Below are positions 25,776 through 33,798 of a stretch of DNA of 64,000 nucleotides, one piece after another; within the stretch, counting starts at the first letter, position 1; each line of letters opens with the position of its first letter. The notes beneath the pieces are model-generated. The model worked only from the letters and a program-made list of their open reading frames with translations. It was not told the DNA's origin and searched no databases. Origin of the DNA: Candidatus Fimenecus sp. Lineage in GTDB: Bacteria; Bacillota; Clostridia; Oscillospirales; Acutalibacteraceae. The DNA lies in contig JAZQUG010000044.1 in NCBI GenBank assembly GCA_045631225.1, positions 46,700 to 110,699 on the forward strand, in the 5' to 3' direction. Position numbers and translations under genes: made by a program.

Positions 25776-27959
25776 TTAATAGTGTGCTACACCGCAACCA
25801 CAAGTTTTATTTGCTCTAAAAATCTTTTGGAAGAAAAGTGCAAACTTGAAGAAGAAATTTGCTATACCCTTCTTATGACAATTGCAATCACAATTCTTTG
25901 TTGGATCAAGAAGCTCGTTATCACTATCGCAATATCCGTCATCATTATTATCGTTATGTCCTATTGCATCAACATAATCACCAACATAGCTATATCCACA
26001 AGAGCATGTATAAGTTGTATAGCCCTGTGCTGTACAAGTTGGAGCTGTTACAACAGTCTGATAATTATGTCCTGTTGCAGGAATTTCTTCACTCTTAAGT
26101 TCTTCACCACAATAATAACAATCCTGAACCTTAACACCAGCTTCTTCACAAGTAGGCTCAACAATTACTAACCATTCTCCATTAACATGGTCAGCAGTAG
26201 GAATTTCTTCTACATCAATAACTTCACCACATACTGTACACTTTTGGAGTTTCATTCCTTCTGTTTTGCACGTTGCTTCAGTTGTTGTTTCCCACGCACC
26301 TGCTGTATGTCCTGTTGCTGAAACCTCTTCAATTGCAATTATTTCACCACAAACAGTACATTTCTTTTGACGAAGTCCGTCAGTAGTACATGTTTCTTTT
26401 TCAACAGTTTCCCACACACCTGCTGTGTGTTCTGTCATTGGAATTTCTTTTTCAGCAATTATTTCGCCACAAGTTGTACAATTTAATCTTGATGAACCGA
26501 CTGTAGTGCATGTAGCAGGTGTTACAACTGTCCACTCTCCTGCAGTATGTACATTCTGACTCCACACAGCATAAAGTGTAATTGTAGCATCATTTGATGC
26601 TGTAAGATTCTTCACAGTCTGCTTATCTGTATATTTAGCAACAGTAGCTGTTGGATTTGTTGACCAACCAAGGAAAGTATAGCCTGTTCTTGTAAATGCA
26701 TTCGCATTTAATGCTTTCGCTGTGTCGTATGTATGACTTGAAGCAGACATTGTACCGCTACCACCATTTGCATCATACGCTATTGTATATGTCTTTGCCT
26801 GCCAGATAGCATACAGTGTTCTTGAACAGCTACCGTCCTTGATACCTGATTTTATGTCTGTTGGTAAAAGAGTTGTATCATTCTGGTCAAATACAGTTCC
26901 ACCTGATGATTTTGTTCCCCAACCCATAAAGGTATAACCAGTTTTTTTGAGCCCAAATGACTTTGGATTAAATAAGCCTGTATCCTTTGCTTTGTTATAT
27001 GCCCAGCTCTGAACAAATTTATCATTATTTTTATATATTAATCCGTTGTTTAATGAGAAATTCTCTTCTGTAACCTCGCCACCATTAGCATTATAGTAAA
27101 CAGACAATGTGTTAGCTTCCCATATTGCATATAATGTGATTGTCTGGTCACCATCACCTATTGTAGGACACAATGTCTTTGCAGTCATAGGGTCGTTTTG
27201 GTTGTAAATTGTTCCACCACTGGACTTTGTTCCCCAACCTACAAATGTGTAACCTTCTTTAGAAAGTCCAAATGTTGTGCGATTGTAAAGTCCACTTTCA
27301 CATATTGTGCCATCAACAATTTCCTGTGTGAAAACTTTATCATTTGATTTTCTACATACAACACCTGAACCATTCAAATAGTACTTTTCGTGAGAAGTAT
27401 CTATTTCTCCACCATTTGCATCGTATTTGATTGAGAGTGTGTATTTAATTTCATCTACATATGTTTCATTTTTAGCATTAACATCTCCATGCCAAGGGTC
27501 TGTTGTATTAATCTGGAAATGAAGATGGTTGCCTGATGAATTACCTGTGCTACCAACTTTACCGATTTTTTGTCCCACAACAACTTTAGCTCCCTTGGTT
27601 ACATTTGAAGGAATACTACCAGCCTTCATATGTGCATACTGATACCATCTACCATCTGTACCACGAATAATAACACCTGTTCCGAAGCCATCACAATCTC
27701 CACGACTTCCATAATGTTTCTCCGTACACTTGTACACATTTGTTACTGTGCCACCTATTGCAGCAACAATATCAGCACCGCCAATAGAACTATCCGCAAT
27801 ATCAATACCTGGATGACTACTGCTATATCCTTGTGATAATGTTTTATGTCCTGGAACCGGCCATAATAATGTTGTTCCTGCACTTGCTGTGATACTTGAC
27901 ATTGGGATAATTGAAATTATCATTATCAATGCCAAGAAAAGTGATAAAGCTTTTTTCAT
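25776..27959 (-). CDS. Secreted M23 (LytM-type) metallopeptidase with Listeria-Bacteroides-type repeats, five Cys-rich 40-aa repeats and a Cys/His-rich amphipathic tail
   Basis: Signal peptide MKKALSLFLALIMI...ASA. M23 motifs HPGIDI and GNHLHFQ. Three GYTF.GW repeats. Repeats of type HTAG.WE....CT..G......C..CGE. ATG at 27959 has an AAAGGAAG RBS. Confidence 0.85.
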   Translation of the reverse strand: MKKALSLFLALIMIISIIPMSSITASAGTTLLWPVPGHKTLSQGYSSSHPGIDIADSSIGGADIVAAIGGTVTNVYKCTEKHYGSRGDCDGFGTGVIIRGTDGRWYQYAHMKAGSIPSNVTKGAKVVVGQKIGKVGSTGNSSGNHLHFQINTTDPWHGDVNAKNETYVDEIKYTLSIKYDANGGEIDTSHEKYYLNGSGVVCRKSNDKVFTQEIVDGTICESGLYNRTTFGLSKEGYTFVGWGTKSSGGTIYNQNDPMTAKTLCPTIGDGDQTITLYAIWEANTLSVYYNANGGEVTEENFSLNNGLIYKNNDKFVQSWAYNKAKDTGLFNPKSFGLKKTGYTFMGWGTKSSGGTVFDQNDTTLLPTDIKSGIKDGSCSRTLYAIWQAKTYTIAYDANGGSGTMSASSHTYDTAKALNANAFTRTGYTFLGWSTNPTATVAKYTDKQTVKNLTASNDATITLYAVWSQNVHTAGEWTVVTPATCTTVGSSRLNCTTCGEIIAEKEIPMTEHTAGVWETVEKETCTTDGLRQKKCTVCGEIIAIEEVSATGHTAGAWETTTEATCKTEGMKLQKCTVCGEVIDVEEIPTADHVNGEWLVIVEPTCEEAGVKVQDCYYCGEELKSEEIPATGHNYQTVVTAPTCTAQGYTTYTCSCGYSYVGDYVDAIGHNDNNDDGYCDSDNELLDPTKNCDCNCHKKGIANFFFKFALFFQKIFRANKTCGCGVAHY
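25956..26549 (-). repeat. Five tandem ~120-bp coding repeats (Cys-rich modules) inside the M23 gene
   Basis: Protein-level periodicity of about 40 aa, from HTAGEWTVV... to ...DAIGH. Confidence 0.7.
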
Positions 27960-27978
27960 AAATATTCTTCCTTTCATT

Positions 27979-28056
27979 TTATAACATTACGTTATAAAAT
28001 TGATTATATAACAATTTGTTATGTAAGTCAATATAGCATTTTGTTATGTGACATAA
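27979..28056. promoter_or_regulatory. Three inverted-repeat operators between the M23 peptidase and XRE genes
   Basis: TTATAAC-ATTAC-GTTATAA (27979-27997), ATAACAA-T-TTGTTAT (28008-28022) and TTATGT-G-ACATAA (28044-28056). All share GTTAT/ATAAC half-sites. Confidence 0.55.
28003..28031 (-). promoter_or_regulatory. SigA-type promoter of the M23 peptidase gene
   Basis: On the minus strand: TTGACT (28031-28026), 17-nt spacer, TATAAT (28008-28003). The middle operator lies almost entirely within the spacer, overlapping the -10 by one base. Confidence 0.6.
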
Positions 28057-28075
28057 TAGCCTTGAGGTGTTTTGT

Positions 28076-28288
28076 ATGTTGCATAACAGATTACGAGATT
28101 TGCGTGAAGACTCTGACCTTTTACAAAAAGATATTGCAAATATTCTGAATTGCTCTCAGGTTTGTTATTCATATTATGAAAATGGATTACGTGACATCCC
28201 AACACAGGTTTTAATCAAACTTGCAAACTATTATGACGTTTCAATCGACTATATTCTTTGTCAGACCGACAATCCTGAACGATTATAA
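28076..28288 (+). CDS. XRE-family helix-turn-helix transcriptional regulator
   Basis: 70 aa with an HTH_3 pattern (LRDLREDSDLLQKDIANILNCSQVCYSYYENG). GAGG RBS 8 nt before ATG 28076. Confidence 0.85.
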   Translation: MLHNRLRDLREDSDLLQKDIANILNCSQVCYSYYENGLRDIPTQVLIKLANYYDVSIDYILCQTDNPERL

Positions 28289-28343
28289 TAAACAAATAAA
28301 TAAAAAATCGCAGTTTTTCGGGATATTAATATGGAACAACATA

Positions 28344-28570
28344 TTTTGTAGGGGACGATGCCCACATCGTCCCGTTCCAATGCCTGCCATTAAACTACAT
28401 CGGATCACTGTGGGCAGCGACCCCTACATTGCGAAGACCCCGACAAATTATAATTTATCTTCATGGAGATTAAAATAATTGTTGATTTTTTATAGTATGA
28501 TGATAAAATAAATTATACAAGAAACTGACACGGGTCGATGTAGGCATCGACCCTTACAAAATTATAATTT
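28344..28570. mobile_element. Nested REP/MITE-like hairpin elements with about 30-bp imperfect terminal inverted repeats
   Basis: Left end: TTTTGTAG + GGGACGATG-CCCA-CATCGTCCC (28344-28373). Right end: GGGTCGATG-TAGG-CATCGACCC + TTACAAAA (28532-28561). Internal inverted copy TGTGGGCAGCGACCCCTACA (28409-28428). Two AAATTATAATTT copies (28445 and 28559). Confidence 0.55.
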
Positions 28571-28583
28571 AAGGATGAATACT

Positions 28584-29693
28584 ATGACCTATAATTTCAG
28601 TTTTTTTATGCCGGTGAATATTCTCGGCGGTAAAAATGCATTACAAAACAACAAAAGTATCTTCTCAACCCTTGGCAAAAAGTGTCTTATTGTAACAGGC
28701 AAAACATCTGCAAAAAAGTCAGGTACACTTGATGAATTGATTGCAGTTTTTAACGAATTGAACATTGAATATTCTGTTTTTGACGAAATTACTGAAAACC
28801 CATTGACCAAGACTTGTTGTGATGGTGGTAAGGTTGCAAGAGAATTCCAGGCTGACTTTGTGGTTGGCATTGGTGGTGGCTCACCTCTTGATGCTTCAAA
28901 AGCAGTTTGTGTTTACGCCACAAATTCACATATTGTTAATGACGATATTTACACAGCAAAAGTCCTGAATGAGCCTTTGCCTCTCGTTGTTATCGGTACA
29001 ACATCGGGAACAGGCAGTGAAGTATCAGGCGTTTCAGTGCTGACTCGTGAAAATGGCAGAAAACAAAGTATCAGTGGTAAGAATTACTATGCTGACTATG
29101 CAATTGCAGACGCTAAATACACATATTCTGTTCCATACAGAACAACTGTTTCAACTGCACTTGATGCTCTTGCTCACGCTGTCGAATCAATGTTTTCACC
29201 TCGTGCAGATTTCCTTACACAGCAATTTGCACTCATTTCTACTAAAATGATTTATCCGATTCTTCTGAAGTTGTACGAAACAAAGGAATTACCGACTGAA
29301 GAAGAAAGAGACACACTTTACTTTGCATCACTTTATGCAGGTTTTGCACTTAACAAAGGTGGAACAGGGTTCCCACACGGTATGGGTTATGCTCTTACTG
29401 AAGATTACAATGTGCCACACGGAATTGCTTGTGCAGTTTTCTTGCCACAGTACCTTACAGAAGCTCAAAGGGCAAATCCGGTTCTTTTCAGTCAGGTGCT
29501 CGACGCTATGAATTGTGACAAATCTTCTGCTGAAAAACTTATTCAGGATTTATGTGATTTACACTTGTCAATTCCTGATGAGAGAATTAATGAATATGTT
29601 ACCCGTTGGGAAACTCTCAAAAACTTCAAAAACTCGCCTACTGAATTCAATAATAAAGATGCAGGTTGTTTAGTTAAAAATCTCTTCCAATAA
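28584..29693 (+). CDS. Iron-containing (group III) alcohol dehydrogenase family protein
   Basis: GGGSPLD, metal-site motifs LDALAHAVE and FPHG...PHG. ATG 28584 has an AAGGA RBS; ATG 28575 is an alternative start. Confidence 0.85.
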   Translation: MTYNFSFFMPVNILGGKNALQNNKSIFSTLGKKCLIVTGKTSAKKSGTLDELIAVFNELNIEYSVFDEITENPLTKTCCDGGKVAREFQADFVVGIGGGSPLDASKAVCVYATNSHIVNDDIYTAKVLNEPLPLVVIGTTSGTGSEVSGVSVLTRENGRKQSISGKNYYADYAIADAKYTYSVPYRTTVSTALDALAHAVESMFSPRADFLTQQFALISTKMIYPILLKLYETKELPTEEERDTLYFASLYAGFALNKGGTGFPHGMGYALTEDYNVPHGIACAVFLPQYLTEAQRANPVLFSQVLDAMNCDKSSAEKLIQDLCDLHLSIPDERINEYVTRWETLKNFKNSPTEFNNKDAGCLVKNLFQ

Positions 29694-29751
29694 TTTATAG
29701 TTACAAACTGTCTAAAGCGTAATAATCCTTAAATTTCTATACTTTCTATAT

Positions 29752-29801
29752 AATATCGTCGTTTCCATTGTCTATTATGACAACAAACGGCGATATTTTT
29801 T
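29752..29801 (+). terminator. Intrinsic terminator after the Fe-ADH gene
   Basis: AATATCGTCGTTT ... AAACGGCGATATT long stem, followed by TTTTT. Confidence 0.65.
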
Positions 29802-29905
29802 CGATTAGAAACAGTTGAATAGATAATTTATAACTATAATTTAGTTGATTTTTAACTTGTAGATAATTTTCAACTATTTGTTTTCGGCTATTTTTCCAAA
29901 AATTG

Positions 29906-29933
29906 TTGACAGAAGGAAAAATAGTGTTATAAT
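29906..29933 (+). promoter_or_regulatory. Consensus SigA promoter of the aminotransferase/aldolase genes
   Basis: TTGACA (29906-29911), 16-nt spacer, TGT-TATAAT extended -10 (29925-29933). Confidence 0.6.
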
Positions 29934-29996
29934 GGTATGTGAACGATTATCTGTATTGACGGATAATAAATCTTTACTTAACGGAGGAGAAAAATT

Positions 29997-31487
29997 ATGG
30001 CAGACACAAGATTCGCTATTACACATTATCATGATGCTGCTCAGATTAACAAACAGCTTGACGAACTTATCAGCAAACCAATTTATTCAATTAAGCCTGA
30101 AGTTCTTAAAGCTTATGAAGAAGAGTATTATGATAAGAAGTGTGCTAAATCAAAGGAAATGATTGCTGAAGCAAAGACAATCATCCCTGGTGGTGTTCAG
30201 CACAACCTTGCTTTCAACTATCCATTCCCACTTGTTTTCACAAAAGCTGAAGGTGCTTACCTTTACGACGTTGACGGAAACAAGTATTTTGACTTCCTTC
30301 AGGCTGGTGGACCTACAGTTCTTGGTTCAAATCCTAAGGTTGTTCGTGACCAGGTTATCGACCTTCTTAACACATGTGGTCCTTCAACAGGTCTTTTCCA
30401 CGAATTTGAATACAAACTTGCTAAGAAGATTTCTGATTCAGTTGAATCAGTTGATATGTTCCGTATGCAGGGTTCAGGTACTGAAGCTTGTATGACAGCT
30501 GTTCGTGTTGCTCGTCTTGCAACAGGTAAGAAGAACATCCTTAAAATGGGTGGTGCTTACCACGGTTGGTCAGACCAGCTCGGTTACGGTATCCGTGTTC
30601 CTGGTTCAAAGTTCACACAGGCAAGTGGTGTTCCACTTTACCTCTTCAAGCACACTCAGGAATTTTTCCCTGGTGACCTTGAAGACCTTGAAAGAAAACT
30701 TTGGCTCAACCAGTTCAACGGCGGTACAGCTGCTGTATTTATGGAACCAATCGGTCCTGAAAGTGGTACAACTCCACTTGATTATGACTTTAACAGAGGC
30801 GTTGAAAGACTTTGCCGTAAATATGGCGCTCTTCTCGTATTCGATGAAGTTGTTACAGGTTTCCGTATCGGTATGGCTGGTGCTCAGGGCTTCTTCGGCG
30901 TATCTCCTGACCTTACAATCTTTGGTAAGGTTATCGCTGGTGGATATCCTGGTGCAGGTGGTGTCGGCGGTAAGAAGCAGTACATGAAGCACCTTGGTGC
31001 TGGTCTTGACGATTCAGGTATGAAGGTTAAGAAGGCATTCACAGGCGGTACAATGACTGCTAACCCACTTTCATGCTGTGCAGGTTACTTCACTCTTGAA
31101 GAAATCGACAAGCAGAACGCATGTCAGAAAGCTGGCGAAATGGGTGACAGACTTACTCAGGGTCTTCAGGAACTCGTTAACAAGCACGGACTTCCATTCG
31201 TTGTTTGGAACGAAGGTTCAGTTTGCCACCTTGAAACAGTTGGTACAATGCACTACTCAATCGACTGGTGCAAACCTTGGAAAATCCCTGGTGTTCTTTC
31301 AGCTACAAGCGAAAGAAAGAAGGAAATGCAGTACATGGGCGCTGCTTACATGGCAGAAGGACTTGTTACTCTTGCTGGTAGCCGTCTCTACACATCAGCT
31401 GCATACACACCTAAGATGATTGACCAGGCTCTTCAGTGCTTCGATAAGGTATTTGCTAACGTTGCTGTTAAGCCATCAAACAAATAA
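29997..31487 (+). CDS. Class-III (GSA-aminomutase-like) PLP-dependent aminotransferase with an N-terminal extension of about 60 aa
   Basis: GSGTEA, FDEVVTGFR, and the PLP-lysine context IFGKVIAGGYP. GGAGGAG RBS. Confidence 0.8.
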   Translation: MADTRFAITHYHDAAQINKQLDELISKPIYSIKPEVLKAYEEEYYDKKCAKSKEMIAEAKTIIPGGVQHNLAFNYPFPLVFTKAEGAYLYDVDGNKYFDFLQAGGPTVLGSNPKVVRDQVIDLLNTCGPSTGLFHEFEYKLAKKISDSVESVDMFRMQGSGTEACMTAVRVARLATGKKNILKMGGAYHGWSDQLGYGIRVPGSKFTQASGVPLYLFKHTQEFFPGDLEDLERKLWLNQFNGGTAAVFMEPIGPESGTTPLDYDFNRGVERLCRKYGALLVFDEVVTGFRIGMAGAQGFFGVSPDLTIFGKVIAGGYPGAGGVGGKKQYMKHLGAGLDDSGMKVKKAFTGGTMTANPLSCCAGYFTLEEIDKQNACQKAGEMGDRLTQGLQELVNKHGLPFVVWNEGSVCHLETVGTMHYSIDWCKPWKIPGVLSATSERKKEMQYMGAAYMAEGLVTLAGSRLYTSAAYTPKMIDQALQCFDKVFANVAVKPSNK

Positions 31488-31502
31488 TCATTGATTTTTT
31501 CG

Positions 31503-31528
31503 GGTGGATGAATTCATCTTCATCCACC
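31503..31528 (+). terminator. Hairpin (possible weak terminator or attenuator) between the aminotransferase and aldolase genes
   Basis: GGTGGATGAA-TTCATC-TTCATCCACC perfect 10-bp stem, followed only by TTTATT. Confidence 0.35.
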
Positions 31529-31562
31529 TTTATTAACCTAATTTAAGAATGAGGTGAATAAT

Positions 31563-32783
31563 ATGGATATTATGCAGGCAAAAGAAACTGTTATAAGAGC
31601 TGGTAAAGAACTTATCGCAGCTGGTCTTATTGCTCGTACTTGGGGTAATATTTCTTGCAGAATCAGTGAGACTCAGTTCGTAATCACACCAAGTGGTCGT
31701 GCATATGAAACTCTCACTCCTGAAGAAATCGTTCTCGTAAACATCGAGGACCTTGAATACGAAGGCGAAATTAAGCCATCAAGTGAAAAAGGTATTCACG
31801 CAGCTTGCTACAAGCTTCGTCCTGAAATAAATTTTGTTATCCATACACATCAGGTAAATGCTTCAATCGTTTCTTCACTTGGTATGGACATTAACAATAT
31901 TGAAGGCGAGAATGCACAGGTTGTTGGTAACAATCTTCCAATCGCTTCATATGGTCTTCCGGGTACAAAGAAACTTCGCAAAGGCGTTATCAACGCTATT
32001 ACTCGTTCTGATGCAAAGGCTGCTGTTATGGCTCACCACGGTGCAGTTTGCATGGGTGTTGACTATGACGATGCTTTCAACGTTGCACAGAAGGTTGAAG
32101 ATATCTGCGAACAGTATGTAATGGATAAATACACATCACTTACAGGTACAGTTGCTGAAAGCCTTACAGCAATCAACGACTATGTTGTTGATAAGTTTGT
32201 TAAGAAGCCATCAACTGCTCCTGAATTTGAGCCTTGTAAGAGTGAACGTGACGGTCCTGTTTTCAACATTTCAGTTATTGACGGTGACGGCACAATCACA
32301 AGAATTGATATTGATTCAGGTGACGTTATTGCAGGTGATGCAAGCAACAGTTCAATCGAGCTTCATCGTGCAGTATATAAAAACCGTGCCGACGTAAACT
32401 TTATTTCTCACACAAAGGACCCATACACAGTTGCTTGTTCAAAGATGGGCAAGACAATGCGTCCGCTTATTGACGACTTTGCACAGATTGTTGGTGTTAC
32501 TGTTAAGAGTGCTAAGTATGACCCTAACAACACACTTGCAACTGCTAAAAAGGTTGTTAAGAAGCTTAAGGGCAGAAACGCAGTTCTCCTTGAGAACAAC
32601 GGTGCTCTTTGTGTGGCAGGTAGTGAATATGATGCAGGGGCTATTGAATTTATCACAAATAAAGGTGCTAAAATTCAGATTAGTGCTCAGATGTTTGAAA
32701 AGGTTGAACCAATCAATCCTCTTGAAACAAGAATTATGAGACTCGTTTACAAGCTCAAGTATTCAAAACAGGCTGGTAAATAA
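31563..32783 (+). CDS. Tandem double-domain class II aldolase/adducin-family protein
   Basis: The N domain keeps the zinc histidines (VIHTHQ, MAHHGAV). The C domain is degenerate (FISHTKD, LENNGAL). GAGG RBS 8 nt before ATG 31563. Confidence 0.8.
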   Translation: MDIMQAKETVIRAGKELIAAGLIARTWGNISCRISETQFVITPSGRAYETLTPEEIVLVNIEDLEYEGEIKPSSEKGIHAACYKLRPEINFVIHTHQVNASIVSSLGMDINNIEGENAQVVGNNLPIASYGLPGTKKLRKGVINAITRSDAKAAVMAHHGAVCMGVDYDDAFNVAQKVEDICEQYVMDKYTSLTGTVAESLTAINDYVVDKFVKKPSTAPEFEPCKSERDGPVFNISVIDGDGTITRIDIDSGDVIAGDASNSSIELHRAVYKNRADVNFISHTKDPYTVACSKMGKTMRPLIDDFAQIVGVTVKSAKYDPNNTLATAKKVVKKLKGRNAVLLENNGALCVAGSEYDAGAIEFITNKGAKIQISAQMFEKVEPINPLETRIMRLVYKLKYSKQAGK

Positions 32784-32799
32784 TTCGGTTTAATACATA

Positions 32800-32840
32800 A
32801 AAAATCCCTCGGAATTAAAACTCCGAGGGTTATTTTTTTT
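32800..32840. terminator. Bidirectional intrinsic terminator
   Basis: CCCTCGGA-ATTAAAAC-TCCGAGGG hairpin flanked by an A-run and a T-run. Confidence 0.7.
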
Positions 32841-32850
32841 GCTGTTTTCT

Positions 32851-33573
32851 TTATGCTACTTTTCCGAACTGGGTGTAATCGTAATATCTGATAACTGTAA
32901 AGTGTCTTAAGAATGTATATTTTGCATTGAGAACCTTCTTCGAAATTCTTGTGTCACAGAATGCAATTACAGGTCCCATACAGAATGCTGTAACAACTGT
33001 GCCAATGCCGATTGGACCATCTAACACTAACGCTATCAAAGTACAGATAAGGTCAGTAATCACCCTGCTCCATTTGTATTTAAGCTTTATATTTTCCTCC
33101 ATTACAAATCCCAATGCATCATATGGTGAAACACCCATATTACAGTTGAAATAAAGCGATGCTGAAAGACTTAAAAGAAAAACGCCAAGTGCCATAAATA
33201 TAAGCTGTGCTGGAAATGAAATTACTGCAGGTAAGATTTCTTCATATATGCCTGTAAAGAATTCGCACACATAACCAACGCCAATCATATTCACAACTGT
33301 ACCAAGGCTGATAAGATGCTTAGATGTGAGCGCTACTAAAACAAGAACAGCTCCGTTCATACACATCTGGAATAATCCAAAACTTACACCAAGTTTTGCA
33401 CTGATGCTCATATTAAGCGCTGTAAACGGGTCAACACCCATACCTGAATATGAAAAAACTGATACGGCAAAGCCCATAAGAATAATGCTCATAAACATTA
33501 TTGCAGTTCTTTTAAATCCGTCTTTCTGTGAGATGATATTTATAGGGTTCATACTTTTAAGAATTTGTGTCAT
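32851..33573 (-). CDS. YczE/YitT-like integral membrane protein
   Basis: 240 aa, polytopic, with the duplicated motif GMGVDPF / NMGVSPYD. Confidence 0.6.
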   Translation of the reverse strand: MTQILKSMNPINIISQKDGFKRTAIMFMSIILMGFAVSVFSYSGMGVDPFTALNMSISAKLGVSFGLFQMCMNGAVLVLVALTSKHLISLGTVVNMIGVGYVCEFFTGIYEEILPAVISFPAQLIFMALGVFLLSLSASLYFNCNMGVSPYDALGFVMEENIKLKYKWSRVITDLICTLIALVLDGPIGIGTVVTAFCMGPVIAFCDTRISKKVLNAKYTFLRHFTVIRYYDYTQFGKVA

Positions 33574-33798
33574 TTATCAATTTCGCCTTTTCTTTGTGTA
33601 TTTTGCACATATATCTCTGCTTTGATTTGTATATATATTACAACAACAAAAAGATGAAGTCAATAAAATGCCAGTAAAATTTTAACTTTCTACCTTTGGT
33701 ACAAATTTACAAATTAGCACAGTTGTTTTTGTGCAAAATGACATATAAAAATAAGGTGAGAGCAAGCCCTCACTTTATTTTTTTAAATTTTAGTTTAT

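Noticed and set aside
28221-28478. 85-aa + strand ORF
   Set aside because: It reads through the REP/MITE hairpins and the palindrome, has no RBS, and its composition is dictated by the repeats.
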